Notes: generated by a model from the sequence alone, not told the origin. A stretch of 64,000 bases of DNA from Leucoraja ocellata (GCA_036785375.1 JAWMAR010000531.1:558001-622000), one strand, 5' to 3'; positions 39,500 to 54,690 are shown, numbered from the stretch's first letter. Made by a program: numbers and translations.

Positions 39500-40130
39500 G
39501 ATCAAGTAAATCCCTGACAGAGTGTAGGGGTGCAGGAGCATACATAAGAAGGAAAACGGGAAGGGAAAAAAGGGGTGATACGATGGCTTTGGCTTAGAAG
39601 ATTAACGAGAATCCAAAGATATTTTACAAGGGAAAAGGAATAGCTCAGGAGAGAATAGGCCCCTCAAAGACCAAAGTAGACATCTATGTGTGGAGCTGCA
39701 AAAGATGGACCTTAATGAATATTTCTCCTTTATTTCTCAGTACTAGGCCCATTGTTGCTTGTTATCCATATCAACAATTTGGATGAGAAGGTACAAAACA
39801 TGGACAGTAAGTTTGCAGATGACACTAAAATAGGTGGTATTGTAGATGGTGAAAGAGGTTATCAAGAATTACAGCAGGGTTTTCATCAGTGAGTAAGTCA
39901 TCTAAGGAATGCCAAATGGAATTTAACTTAGATAAGAGTAACTTGTTGTATTTCGCTAGTCAGGGTAGGACTTTCACAGTAAGGCTCTGGGGAGTTTTGT
40001 AGAACAGAGAGAAATGTTGAGTACAAGTATGTAGTTCCCTAAAAGTGCCATAATGGGTTGATGTGGGACGAAAGCTTAGCACGCTTGTCATCATTAGTAA
40101 GGCCTGAGATTGCAGAAGTTAGGATGTCAC
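39500..40130 (+). mobile_element. CR1 ORF2 fragments
   Basis: SKFADDTKIGGIVD at about 39806-39846. Confidence 0.75.
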
Positions 40131-40738
40131 CCATCTCTTAAAACTAACTTGTCTTTTCACTTTCCCAGTTCTGACAAAGATCTTCATCCTAAAATGTTAT
40201 CTCATCAATTCCTTTCCACAGTTGCTTTCTGATGTTGAACGTTCTCGGGATTTTCTGTTTTTATTTCAGATTTCCAGCAGTTTTAGTCGTCTCGTTTTTG
40301 AAAAAAATCTAAAGTTAATGTCACGGTATTATAAAAGATAATAGATAAATTAGATATCTGCAAGAATGATGGAGACAGAACCATTCAAGTGCCTGGGTGA
40401 GCATTGTGGGCTACAAGACTACGGACTGAGACCCGGGAATGGCAGAATGATTCCATGTGCAGAAATTTCTGATTTGATGAAGCGCTTACTGCATATTCAT
40501 CCATCAATGACCCCTTATAAACCCACCACTGTGTAGACATCCTCCCTGTAAGCCATTTAATCAAACAAATCTCTTAAATAACCCCACATAAACATCTCGG
40601 TGATTACATCAAACTTTCATTAGCCTTATTAATTCAGTACTTCTATACAAATCTCTCTACAGTATCTCCATACATTACAAATATACTATTTTCAGTTTAT
40701 CAGAATGATTATCCATGATCCTTAGTTTAACATGTTGA

Positions 40739-40888
<150 letters not shown>

Positions 40889-43014
40889 TGAGCCCATTAA
40901 ATAATCTAATTATTTAAAATGTATCATTACTTGGATAGGACCAGTTCTGCAATAAATTGCACAGTAGGAGCTCTATGACTAAAGCTGATCTTTGGGTGAA
41001 CCCATGATCTTTGTTGTGTGAATCCATGATAATATAGCACAGTGGATCCACTGAACAGAGTGGTGTTCAGTGATGTGATAAACTCTGGTTTGGATCTTGA
41101 TGGGTTTTGGTAGCAGTTCCATGCAGTACTACTAATATTTGTTGGCAAACATACAGGTAGATTTGGGGAGTTTGGTGTGTCCATAGAAGACCTAATTTTG
41201 TTTGTTGAGCTCTACCAGTAATTTCCTGTCCACACTAAAATCCAGAAATGAAAAAAATGGAACGTGATTTTGTTGCAATTCCCCAATCCAATCTCTTTTT
41301 TTAATTTTTTCTTAAATAATATTTTTATTAGAAGCATATACATATCATAATCAAAACACATTTTGTATATCAATTACATATTGTTAATAGATGGGATTCC
41401 AGCTATCAAAGTAATAGGGGTCCTCATTTATCAATTGCACATTAACTCTGCTTCTATTGAATCCAATCCAATCTCTGATGCTGAAATCTAGTGGCTGGGA
41501 GAGAGCGAATGTGATGTTCCGATGGTAGTTCCAACCGGTGATTTGCCTATCACTGCAGAGATGACAAAACTTGCAGCATGTCAGATATTCCACTGAAACC
41601 ATTTTTTAGAATAGATGATTTAAATTAAACATGAAGAGAAGTGCCTTTCTTTTCCATATTTAATCAGTTCTTGCATAACAAAGCTGCAATGCAATAAATC
41701 TTAATGCATATATGAACAAGTACATCCTTTTGAAACATTTTGCAACTAAACATTAAATGCTGGAGGCAAAATATCAGATTTTTTTTCTCTTAAATGGCCT
41801 GTGCACATATTAATCCAGTGGTTTGAAATCTATATCTAGTCATAAAGATAGATATACATCTTGCTGCCGCTTATTATGTTAGTTTACATGCTGGGTGTCT
41901 AAAATGAAACATATTTTGATTATTTTAGATCAATACCACAGGAGATACACTAAAATATTAACAACTTGTATGCAGCACATACATCATTAATTTATCAAAT
42001 TTTGTAACAGATGGATAGCAATTGCAGAGGAAAATATGGCGATTTTTTTCAGTTAACGTTTTGTTGACTTTTGCGAGGGACGAGGGCTGCTGTTTACCTA
42101 CGGAAATTGATCCCTGACCAATCAATATAATGTCCCTGGCTTTGTAAAGCACTTTCCTTTGGCTTGAGCAAAACCACAAAAGATCCTCTAGTGTTTAGTG
42201 CTGAAAACAAATATTGTTAGTTAATCTATGATGACTGTTGTGCAGCAACATCTTGGGTAGTTTATCTGCAGCAATAGAAGCATTGTAAATAGTCTCAGGG
42301 AAAACAACGGTAGTTTAAGGTTAATGTCATCATTTGGAGATGCCTAACTTGAGAAGTGCAGTGTTTTTGTTCAACTTCTTGTTCTAGTTGTAAGTTATTG
42401 GTCTTTCTTGGTGGGTATACCAAGGGTTTTATGTGACGAAAATAATACAACTTGGAATGCATTATTTACTGGGGTATCGTTAGCTGCTTCTTGGCCAGTT
42501 ATAATGTGAGTTGTATGTTGGATAAACCTTCCAGTCACCTTCAGAACCATATGAAACAGCACCACTTAATGCTACGATAATGTTCAAACGTCCATGAAAT
42601 TGGCAACAACTGTCTTATTGTAGTGAAAATATTGCTCACCTTAAATAGATTTGCAATATTGAATAAGGACATGAGCAAAGTTTTATATATACTCTAGCAT
42701 AATTGTGATTGACAAGATTTGAATAGCCCCAGTGAATGGTCCCAGTAGATTTTTACAACATTTTGAAATACCCAAGAATGTTTGGAATCAAATGTTTGCT
42801 AATGGTAAAAAGCCAAAATGTGATTTGAATGTTTCAGCTCAAGATGCATATAGGCATTGAACCGTGGCAAAATGCAGCAGTGATACCGTATTTCCACACC
42901 CGGGGCACAAGAGTCAATGCATCCTTTGTATGCACAATGGTATAAAAAGGAAAATGCAATGAAAGCAAATTAATCTTACATGTTGAATGATCCACCAACT
43001 TTGTTTTTCTGCAG

Positions 43015-43071
43015 AAAGAACATGTTAAATGACCTGTTAAGATTTGATGTGAAGGACTGCTCTTGGTGCAG
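43015..43071 (+). CDS. LZTR1: LZTR1 exon 3
   Basis: KNMLNDLLRFDVKDCSWCR; 57 nt. Confidence 0.97.
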
Positions 43072-43720
43072 GTATGTGCAAGGACAATGTACAAGGACAA
43101 TAACAAATTTGAACAGTTCACATCAGGAATATATATATATTTTTGTTGTAATATATAATTAGAATAGTTTTAATGGAAAAGCAAACCCCAAGATGCTTTG
43201 TATAGGCACTAGAAAACAAATTATAACCCACTACTTGAATTATTCCAATGGGTGATCAATGATGTGATTCCATTAAGTGACAAGAAAGAACAAGCATGGC
43301 TGAGGGTTCTATTTTGATTGATGTAGAGGAATGAGAACAGGCATAAAGGGACAGTGAGATCCATAAATTGAAATAATAGTAATATTCTAGTGTGAAATTG
43401 GATCTTTAATAATATGGAGATAGTGATATTTTTACAAACTGAAATCTGTGTTCAATTTGTTGGCTGTAATTGATCTTAATTGTGCATTGAGTGGAAAAAA
43501 TATATATTCCTGGCGTGAACCTTGATTGACAACTGCTGCAGGTGCTTTAATGCCCTTATCTGACTATATTTGGGTTTTGGGACTACATTTAGGTCTCCGG
43601 TTTCAATGGTTGAATAGTTCAAACTTTCTGCATGGAGCTCCAGAAGTTTGATCAGTGTTTTCAAATTTGTTATTTTGTCCATAATTGGTAACTCTACTTC
43701 CAGCACACCAGAATGTCTAA

Positions 43721-43921
<201 letters not shown>

Positions 43922-45361
43922 TAATGGGCTGAGTTCTAGGAATGCTTTATTTCGTTTATGGATTTCTGCTCGTTATATTCAGTTATAAGACTATCGGTAA
44001 CCATTTTAAAGCTTGGGAATGGGTTCAAATGAATATAATCTCTAAGTGTTTATTTTGCAAATACGTTTCCCTTCTTTCATGCTTCACCCTACATTAGAAT
44101 GTGGGGAGTTCTGAGCAATCACTGGAAAGTACATAGTATCCATGTTCGTTGCACGTTATTCTAGACTTGAAGTACATTTCACAATTTCAACTCGTATTGA
44201 TCTCTTTCCAGAAGGTAATTTTATTAAAATCACTATATTCTCAGAAGCAGACAAAGTCTGGATTTTATGTTATCATGGACTGTAGAAGAATTGCATTAAT
44301 CTAACCCTCCTGCAGTCTTAACGTTATATTGTTTTGTATTAATGGGACTGAAGCAATTAAAGTAAGCAGCAAATTGAAAAGATCAGTGCATTAGAAAAAA
44401 ACAGGAATTCATTTCTGTTGAGCTTCAATTTTACATGCTTGTAGCTTAAGAAGGAATTTCTGTTTTAATTTCCAATGTACATGGATTAACAGCAGGTCAG
44501 TGAAGTATTGACTTCAATAAACATAGCCAAATATAAACTGTTATAATTGCTAAATGAGGAAAAAAAACTGTCAGCAAAATAAACTCTCTTGCCTCGCATG
44601 CCAACTTCCTGAAGTAGCAGTTTTTGACAACAGATCGATTGCTTGTGCAGTTGCATAAATATAATAATGTGAGACGGATGATTTATTGCTTTGCTTGTGG
44701 GGAAGCTTACAGATTCTTGCTGCTGAGGCTTTCCGTAAATTAACATTAGACCTTACATAACCTAGAAATAACCTGCCAAGAAAAATCCAGATATGCAATA
44801 TGTTGTTATTGTAATGATTACAGTGAGTCAAGAATTTGTATAGTTAAGAGAATCATGTTTTTATAGTGCTTTATGTGATGTCTCAGTCAGTGATGTATCG
44901 GCGCCATAATGATATGGAATAACGTTGTGGGGGAAACCTTAGTCTGGATACCATCAGTGTTCTCTTTCACTACTGTAATTAATACAAGGAAATCCTTAGT
45001 GTCAACAGGAGAGGGCAGGGAGAAAATACTGCTTGAGGAACTCAGCAGATAAGGCAGGGAAAAAATAGACAGACAATATTTTGGGTCAGGGCATCTTCAG
45101 GCTGGGAACGCCTTGGTTTTGTGTTTTGTCTGACAATATAGCACTCCCTCTGCACTAGAAGATCAGTCAAGAAAATATGCTTTCATTTTGAGTTGGTCTG
45201 GCTCATAACCACTTTACTTATTTGAATTGTATTGAAAATTCAAAAAAGTTAAATTCAGCAAATCATTAAAGCATAAAATATAGCTCAGAACAGGAGGTAA
45301 TATTATGTTGCGGATGGAATTCGCCATGGTTATGAGGCCAACTTTGCTGGTTGATCAGTGA

Positions 45362-45496
<135 letters not shown>

Positions 45497-46254
45497 TGAG
45501 CTTTGTCAATAATTGTGCTTGGTGTTTAATTTAACCGATTTTGAGGGAGATATCTGGAACTATAGGGGTGGATGGTAGAGTGATGTTACCGTGCTCCACT
45601 TTCCTGTGCCGTGAGAAGATTTGTTTTTGGAAAAGCTCTAAAACATCTTTGAAGACTCTGTTATCACCTATTCAAAATAGATTTCCAAGAGCATTAATTA
45701 ACATTTTGACGGTCTGCAACACAATGACATGTGATGTTACTTCAGCCAAATTTGCTTTCATTGGTAAATTAATAAAATGTAATTCTGGTGTATAAATGTT
45801 AATGATTTTTTTCCATTTCTCAATTGTTCCCCCTGTTGCATGCATGTTTGCTTGTAAACCAATAACAGACCCTGGCTTGCCCATCCTCTCTCCCAATGTC
45901 AAGGCTATTTTATCATAGAGAAGAAGAATAAATTGACTGATTAGGTCTTTCAATCAATGCCTTGGTCTCTGCAGTTAAAGTTGCAGATGCACAAAGCGTA
46001 AATGTAATCCATCAATATTTATTTACTCATTTACATCTATTTTTTATCCAATAAATGTGCATTCTATAATAATAATTTATCAGTTCTCGGCAAATATTGC
46101 TCTGTATCAAATATGTGGAACAGACTAGTCATCTTTCTCTGTCAGGATGCATGGAATTATAAAACAGAATAAAGCACACCATAAAGATATAGCCATGGGT
46201 TGTTTTTTTAACACATTGTCATTATTTAGGTTTTTTTTAATTAGTTTTCTAATT

Positions 46255-46532
46255 CAGTAGAATTGGCATGGAAACGGGCCCTCCAGCCGACCGTGTCCAT
46301 GCCATACATACGTAAAGTTATTCTACGTTGTCCCACCTTCTCATCCACCCTCTACACACCAGGAGAAATTTACCTGCAAACCCACATGTTATTGGGATGT
46401 GGGAGGAAACTAGAGCCTCCACAGGAAACACACACAGTAACAAAGAGAACGTGCAAACTCCACACAGGTAGTACTCGTGGTCGGGATCAAACTTGGGTCT
46501 CTGGCCTGTGAGACAGCAGCTCTACCTTGCCA
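46255..46532 (-). mobile_element. HE1-like V-SINE
   Basis: ggatgtgggaggaaac..gtgcaaactccacacag..gggatcaaac. Confidence 0.75.
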
Positions 46533-46725
46533 CACAAAGTAGGGCTTCTTGTCATTGTCTGTGTGGCAATAAAGTATCATCATCGTGAGAATCCTAATGC
46601 ACTCTTTAGTAATTAGCGACTATAAACTATCTGAACTCCTAAACCAGTTTAGTGGTCCACAAGCAGAATTTTCCTGTGTTTTGTATATTTTGCTGAAGGT
46701 TGATGACCATTAATTTAGTACATAA

Positions 46726-46836
<111 letters not shown>

Positions 46837-47352
46837 TAAGATGAATATTAAAGTGCTCAACTGCAGTCTAATTTGCAATGTTGATCAGAAATTGCAGTCA
46901 ATTATACAATTACAGCATATACTTGGTAGCTGATAGGTTTAGATGGATTAGAGTATTATGCAGATCTGCAAAACAAAGTGTTATCGGAACCCAGTGGGTC
47001 AGGCAACATCTGTGGGGGAAATAAACAGGTGATGTTTTGGGTCGGGACCTTTCTTCAGACCTTCCTCGGTATGGACATTCTGTATGGCCTTAATAACATC
47101 AAGAGCAGAGCAATCTGAGCAAACCTCATCTCATCAGCCTAGCATATTTTAGCTTATATGTGCCTCTTAATATCACTTGGATGTTTGACAGTAGGCAGGG
47201 TATTAATTAATCACTTTGGATTTATCCTACATTTTGCAAACGGGGAATACCTGGGCAGTTTTTACATTAAACCAAATTCTTGATATGTTCAGAATGATAT
47301 GAAGATACTATATGTTGATTATGGTAGTTAATGGTAATACCTTTTCTTTCAG

Positions 47353-47410
47353 ACTGAATGATATGTGGACCATAGGTCTCCAAGATAGAGAGATGGCATG
47401 CTGGGATGAG
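47353..47410 (+). CDS. LZTR1: LZTR1 exon 7
   Basis: LNDMWTIGLQDREMACWDE; 58 nt. Confidence 0.97.
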
Positions 47411-47514
47411 GTAAGAAGATGGAAATATAGCAATTAGTTGCAATTAAAGCTGCTGTGAAATCTTAAAATGAACAAGCCCCATAGATTATTGTGGTTTGGT
47501 TGATTGAAAAACAC

Positions 47515-47790
47515 AACATAGAAACAGACCTTTCGGCCAATCATCGATCACACATTCGCACTAATTCTCTGTTATCCCACTTTCGCATCCACTCGCGACA
47601 CACTAGGGGCAACTTACAGAGGCCGATTAACCTACAATCTCGCACACATCTTTGGGATTTGGGAGGAAACCGAAGCTCTCGGAGGAAACCCGAGCGGTTA
47701 CAAAGAGAAGGTCCAAACTCTACATAGACAGCACCCGAGGTCAGGATCGAACCCGGGTCTCTGGCACTGTCAAACAGCAGCTGTAACCCC
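47515..47790 (-). mobile_element. HE1-like V-SINE
   Basis: caggatcgaacccgggtctctggcactgt (B-box, reverse) and a V-domain. Confidence 0.8.
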
Positions 47791-47914
47791 AAATGCACCT
47801 CATCTCGACTGGACAGTTTTTCTACTATCAATCTTCTACATACCTGCTCTTTATTTTTAATTATTTTCAATATCATTAGTGCATCCTTTACTACAACACT
47901 GATTGCATCATCAT

Positions 47915-48075
47915 CTAGGGAGTTAGATGTGGCCCTTGTGGCAAAAGGGATCAGGGGGTATGGAGAGAAGGCATGTACAGGATACTGAGTTGGATGATCA
48001 GCCATGATCATATTGAATGACGGTGCAGGCTCGAAGGGCCGAATGGCCTACTCCTGCACCTATTTTCTATGTTTC
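47915..48075 (+). mobile_element. CR1 3' terminus
   Basis: gatcagccatgatcatattgaatgacggtgcaggctcgaagggccgaatggcctactcctgcacct. Confidence 0.85.
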
Positions 48076-48389
48076 TCCAATTAAGCTACAATATATTTGT
48101 TTATTCTGTTGAGTCTATCTTCTGCCTCTTTTAGATCGTTTAATAGATCCTATCCTATATTTGGAAAACCTTTAGTATTGTATTCATAGAGTCTGGCTTA
48201 ATTTTCTGTTGTACTACATTCATACTGAAAATTTCCTCTCATTCCAGATTTTACGTTCTCCATGGTCCGCATAGCATTCATTTTAGGCTGCTTCTATCAG
48301 CCTTGCATTTGTCTGAGTAATTTGGTTTGGAAAAACAATTCTGTAGGTTGCAATCACAAATAAAATCTGCTGTGTCTGTTTTGTTTTAG

Positions 48390-48529
48390 ATTGAGCAGAG
48401 TGGAGAGATCCCTCCTTCATGTTGTAACTTCCCTGTGGCTGTCTGCAAGGACAAGATGTTTGTTTTCTCAGGACAGAGTGGGGCAAAGATCACCAATAAT
48501 CTTTTTCAGTTTGAATTCATGGAAAAAGT
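48390..48529 (+). CDS. LZTR1: LZTR1 exon 8
   Basis: [46 protein letters not shown]; 140 nt. Confidence 0.97.
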
Positions 48530-48829
48530 GTACGTGTTCAGTATTTATTCTTTCTAATTGCTGTTATCCTTAATAAACTAGTGTAATTCTTCTTTGAGTG
48601 CCAGAGGTCCTGAGGAAAGGAAACTCTGCTCAGGAAAGATGAGATTTATGGGTTTAGAGAAGTTGTTTTCTCATCAAATGTTGATGCAAAGGCTCCCCGA
48701 CTTACTCAGCAAGTGTTCAGTCGCTTGGGAGTTGTAAAAATGACTTTATAGAGGTAATTATGTTCAGAGAAAATCACTGATAACTTAATGTTAATATATG
48801 ATCATTTCAGAACAAAGAGCATTTCTTGA

Positions 48830-48911
48830 AGGTAGACACAATGCTGGAGAAACTCAGTGGGACAGGCAGCATCCCTGGAGAGAAGGAATGGTGATGTTTT
48901 GGGTTGAGACC
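48830..48911 (-). mobile_element. 82-nt Penelope-terminus mini-insertion
   Basis: Probable TSD CATT(T/A)CTTGA at 48820-29 and 48912-21. Confidence 0.7.
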
Positions 48912-49457
48912 CATTACTTGATCTGAGTCTTTGCACACTTACAATTGAATTGATATTTGTGCCAGTTTATGCTTTTTATCCTCGTCTAGAATATCTGTGC
49001 TCAGACTGCCTTTGCAAAAGCTACCTGTGCAACTGCAGACCAGATATTTTCCAGTATTTGTATATAGTTTCACCATAGTATACACTTATATTAAATCTAT
49101 TTTAATTTCATTTTATTTTATCAATTCTGTTTCTCCCCTCTAAAAGTTGGTGTTCATTATAAGTCCAATGTTCAATGTTCATTTGTTGAAGTAGAATTTA
49201 AATTATTAACAATGTCAGAACGTATACAGCCAGACAGGAATCTCGTGATCTTTGGATCATACATCTGTGATTCTGGGAGTAGAACAAGCTTTGCTCCACT
49301 GTTGTGCCATGTTTTACTGTGGCTATTCTATTTTAAGTAATCTCTTTTCAGCTGTAAATAAGAACAACTTTCAGTAACATTACTCATTTGAGGTTGTCCC
49401 ATGGGTGATGAACCTGTTTTATATTCATTTGTATTTCAGTTGTCACAAATAGTTTAA

Positions 49458-49688
<231 letters not shown>

Positions 49689-50137
49689 TGAGTCCTGTAT
49701 TCTACTGAGCTTAAATGTAGGATTAAAACATTTTCATAGCATTCTGAATATTGACATAACTTGATTTCATTGGATTTTTTAAATTGTTTTCAGCAAACTA
49801 CTGAAACTGTTTTCAGCAAATTCTCAAGCAATTTTGAGCAGGAAAGGTCCCTCCTTGAAAGTTCTGATTAATTCCAATTTCTTAGCAGTAGTTTGAATGA
49901 AATGTCACCTTTCTGGTTCTCACTGGTTAGCACGCAACAAAAGCTTTTCACTGTACCTCGGTACACATGACAATAAACTACACTAAACTAAACCTTTCAT
50001 GGTCAATTATTTTCTGCTTGATATTAGCTGTTTTTAATTATGAAAGCGTGTTGAGTACCAAAACGTACAGAAGGGTGCATGAATGAGTGTGCTGTACCAT
50101 TGTCTTTAAGGAGTATTTGCCTTCTCTGTCTTACTTA

Positions 50138-50220
50138 AGGGCCTGCCCCACTTAGGCTATTTTTAGGCGACTGTCATGGGCTTAGCAGGTCGCCAAAAAA
50201 TCAGCGACTGGACCCCCCCT
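50138..50220. mobile_element. Left end of a Harbinger-type MITE
   Basis: TTA|AGGGCCTGCCCCACTTAGGC matches the TIR at 26447. Confidence 0.7.
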
Positions 50221-50621
50221 TTGACAAAATTTGAAACAGAATCATTACTTTAACAACTTAATCAATATTGGTAGTTGGGATCAAAAACGAAGTGCATATA
50301 TTACACATCCACAAAAAGACATTGTTCTTTTCATCAGATGAAGATTAATGTATGTAAAATGCCTTTTTCTCTTCAAAGATCTTGGCTGATCAATGTGTCT
50401 CGAACGCATTTTCTCGTTGAAATTTATTTTGGGACAATTAACATGTAGTTTATGTTGAAAGTCCAACTAACTTGTCAGTGTTTAAAATCTGCGCATGTCT
50501 CCTCTTGTTCTATTCATCTGTATTATATTTTATCTAATAAACTTCAGAATCTCATGCCACTTTTAGGTGCCATCATATGTTTGAATCTCACCATGTATAT
50601 TTTACTGTCTTCAAACTATAG

Positions 50622-50666
50622 GGGAGCAACTTGTACACAGAGGCAATTTATGATCCTGATTTCATG
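50622..50666 (+). CDS. LZTR1: Candidate 45-nt cassette exon of LZTR1 (GSNLYTEAIYDPDFM)
   Basis: Pyrimidine tract ending TATAG acceptor, ATG|GTAAGT donor, phase 0-0, stop-free in the required frame. No recognised homology. Confidence 0.4.
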
Positions 50667-52494
50667 GTAAGTTGATTAAGCCTTGTACAATATTTCATTA
50701 TGTGTACAATTTGCATTTGTGAACTTCACTCTCAATTTCCAAGGAAATCAATACAATTTGAACATATAGGATCTAAGTGGAAGATAATTATTGTATGCCA
50801 CCAGCTTGCAAAGCGAGGAAGATTTGTGTTTTGGGAACCTTTCCCACGGTTTAAGAAATGTTGTTTATTCACTTAAGGTGCAAGTACAGGGTACATTTAT
50901 TGTCATCCTTTCACCAAGTATTTCCTCTGGAAGAGGAAGAGCATCTATTATCTGTAACCAGCATAAAAGCCTTTGTTTTAGGTTGCCACTAGTTAACAAT
51001 GGACCTTTCCTTGTGTGTGCAGAGACAGAGATCTTGCAAATGTGTTTATTTTGGCCTTGTATCAGGCGCACCCTGTGTAGTTACAACACAGAATATTTCT
51101 TCAAAACTTGGGGTTTAGCGCTCTGATTTCTTTCACTTATTTTATTGCTGACACATCATTTTGCCCGATTTTTTTTTTTAATGAGTCTTCCTTAACCATT
51201 GACTTAATTGTTTTTTATAAAATTGCAGTGTTTAATAGGGTGCAAATTGGAGAAAGGAAATTTAAGTGCCTATGAATGGCACAGAGTACAATGGATAATA
51301 GATAATGTGTGAAGTTATATTCTGTTTCTGCCCCTGAGGCCAAAATGTGCTTTGCTGCCTGATATTTGCCCGTGTATTTTTTAAACCACATTTTTTTTAC
51401 TAAGTTAAATAAACCTATATCAGAAATGTTGCTGGGGAATTAGTCGTGCGACTTTTAGTTCAAAAGGAAAGACCAAAATGGAACGTTGAAGTCTTGGAAT
51501 TCCTGTTTTTAAAAACCACCAATGAGTGTAAGTGAAACTGCAGGCTAAATATTTTCCAGTATTTTTACATTCCAAAATGTGTAATGTGATAAATGATTTG
51601 AAAAATCCCAGGTCATTTCAAACGAAAGCAGTAACCCAGCAAACCATTTGATCTTCTATGTCCTCTAAATAAAAGTGGCTATAACTGTCAAAAGCTGCAA
51701 ATCTAGATATGTTGCATATATTTCAAAGCAATGGCATTTTCAGAATTAAATAGTTAATGTAAAACCAGGAAGAATCAAACTTGGAAGATCATACTCTTCA
51801 GGTTGCCAATTTGAGGTGAATCATTAAATGTAACTGCCAAAGGCAACAGTTGATAATGGGTTTTGTAAAACTTTCACTCTCATTGTCAAGGCTCAACAAA
51901 CTGCTTTAAGACTATCTGTGGATGATAATGCTAAAACAATATGATTTATTCAGATTTGATTTTTGTTTTGGCACATTAAACCCTAATTTGCCAAGATAGC
52001 CTATGGTCTGAGCTATTTTCAACACTGATTTCTCATCTATGACCTTTTATAAAAAGAGGGCAAGATTAATTAACGTGTTATTAATTGCTCTTCTCTGATC
52101 TACACACAAGCCCAACTGTATTTTAAATCTAACTTGAACTTTAGCTCTGGACCTTGCAACTGTTCTAGGCAAATCCTTTTCATTAATATACATAGTCGGG
52201 TCCCCATTTTTAACCTGAGCAGCCGTCTCTGAGAGTTTCCTTTTCAATCACTTAAAAGGAAGAGACAAATGGAAAAACTTAAAAGAAAAACATAGGGCAA
52301 TATTATTTAGTTGTTTGCCCAAAATATCTCTGGTTTGTTGCCAGAATTCATTCACTCTGCCCCAAAGGGCCAGGTGGGGATAGAGCCGCAGATCCTCCTT
52401 GAGATCTCATTCGGTTAGTGGTCTCTGGTCACTTGGCTCTGGGAAAAAATGTCAGCTGGATTACTGAATGGTAGTGTCCATGTTTAAATTAGTT

Positions 52495-52804
52495 TTTAGT
52501 TTAGTTTAGAGATACAGCGTAGAAAGAGGCCCTTCGGCTTACTGAGTCCATGCCGCCCAACGATCGCCTGTACGCTAGTTCCACGTTAGACCAGTTTTGC
52601 ATCCTACACATTAGGAGCAAGTTACAGAAGCCAATTAACCTACAAACCTGCACGTCTTGGGATTGTGGCAAGAAACGGAAACATCCGGAGGCAGCACATG
52701 CGGTCACAGGGAGAACGAACAAACTCCATGCAGACAGCATCTATAGTTGTGATCGAACCCGGGTCTCCGGCACTGTAAGGCAATAACTCTACCATTGTGC
52801 CAGC
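52495..52804 (-). mobile_element. HE1-like V-SINE, full length
   Basis: Tail (tttag)n-agatacagcg.., V-domain, and gatcgaacccgggtctccggcactgt head. Confidence 0.85.
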
Positions 52805-53939
52805 ATAATCTACATCTCCCATAGGTTAGAAGCCAGATAGAGGATTCCCAGCTCAGTAAATGATAAACAGCTTAACAAATCCAACTAACTCCAGACCAGA
52901 AATGGACAATTCGTCAGATGGATCAATAGATTTTGTATACTAAATGGTGAATTACTGACTTTGATGATGCATGGTTTTCCGGAAGATGGTGATCCTGTCA
53001 GGGATACGACTGCATTGGTACATTGTAATAATTATGGATTGTCTGAAAGCATTGTATCCACTTTGTGAAAGAAAATCAGTGCAATATAATTTGCTCCCCA
53101 AACTGAGAAACTTCATTACACTATTCCATGGAGACCTCAAGGGCAAAAACAATTCAAGATTCATTTTTTCTACTTTGTCTTCCAATATAGTTGAAGTCTA
53201 TTCAGTTATTGTGATGAGTTTGAAGCCAGTGGGGCTTTTCGTCAGAATAGGATACCAAAGGAACGTAAACTAGATTAGGACATAATAGTTCTCCAGTGTT
53301 CTGAACTGTTTCCTTACCTCTGCCCCAAACCTGCCATGTTTATTGGAAATGAATGGGTTATGTTATTGACTCTGTCATTTAGGACCATCTGTTCTCCTTT
53401 GTTTTGATTAAATTACAGGTTGTAATCCATGTTGGATTAATGACTACATAATATGTCTTATGTTTCCTCACAAAATTAGAGGAGGATATTTGGCCTATTG
53501 AGTTGATGGTGGCTCTTATGACCATTATGTTTTTCCCCCTCATTTCTCCTTAATCTAATTATTTGTCAGTGGGTTACAATTTGTAATAGCATTTGAGAAT
53601 GCATGTATTGAATTATTAGTTGAATAAATGATTCATAATGGGCACCCCTTCATTTGAAGCATGTTGGCACTATCTAGTGGCAGAAAAGTAACATTGCGTT
53701 TTTATTATCACAAGTCAAGATTGTTTAATTGTCATATGCACCTGGAGCAGAACAATTACATTCTTGTTGCAGCTTTACAGGCACATTAAAGCAACTATAA
53801 AACAAATAAATATACAATAAACAATAATATAATTTATCTGTTCTACTAGATAACAAGCTCAATAGTAAACAGTGCAATCTTGTACATAGTCCATTGTACT
53901 TCAGATCTGTGGTCAGGGTTGTGCAATATGGTTCAAGAG

Positions 53940-54690
53940 TGCACATGGACTTCAATAAGGCGTTCGACAAGGTTCCGCATGGTAGGCTGCTCTGGAAGGT
54001 TAGATCATACAGGATCCAAGGAGAGATAGCTGAATGGATAGCAAAGTGGCTCCATGGAAGGAAGCAGAGGGTAATGGCAGAAGGTTGCTTCTCAGACTGG
54101 AGGCCTGTGACTAGTAGTGTGCCTCAGGGTTCGAAGCTGGGCCCGTTACTGTTTGTCATCTACATCAGTGATTTGAATGAGAACATACAGGGCAAGATTA
54201 CAAAGTTTGCTGATACTACAAAAGGAAGTGTTTTTACAGATAGGGAAGATGGTTGTGAAAGATTGCAGCAGGATCTGGATCGATTGGCCAGGTGGGCGGA
54301 AGAATGGTTGATGGAATTTAATACAGAAAAGTGTGAGGTGGTGCATTTTGGGATGTTGAACAAGGGCAGTACCTACACAATAAATGGTAGGCCTCCGGGT
54401 ATTGTTGTAGAGCAGAGGGATCTAGGAGTACAAGTGCATGGTTCCTTGAAGGTCGAGTCACAGGTAGATAAGGTGGTCAAGAAGGCGTTTGGCCTTCATC
54501 AGTCAGAGTATTGAGTACAGAAGTTGGGAGGTCATGTTGCAGTTGCATAAGACATTGGTGAGACCGCATTTAGAATATTGTGTTCAGTTCTGGGCACCAT
54601 GTTATAAGAAAGTTATTGTCAAGCTTGAAAGTGCTCAGAAAAGATTTACGAGGAAGTTGCCAGAACTAGAGGGTGTGAGCTATAGGGAGA
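53940..54690 (+). mobile_element. CR1/HER1 LINE RT core
   Basis: DFNKAFDKVPHGRLL..VPQGS.LGPLLF..KFADTTK..FNTEKCEV.H; frameshifted continuation LVRPHLEYCVQFW. Confidence 0.95.

Noticed and set aside
51188-51228. U12 branch-like TTCCTTAAC in intron 9
   Set aside because: The upstream donors are U2-type (GTAAGT) and no coherent exon follows; probably chance.
52740-52804. tRNA-like sequences (also ~47730-47790 and ~26075-26140)
   Set aside because: These are the tRNA-derived heads of SINEs, not tRNA genes.
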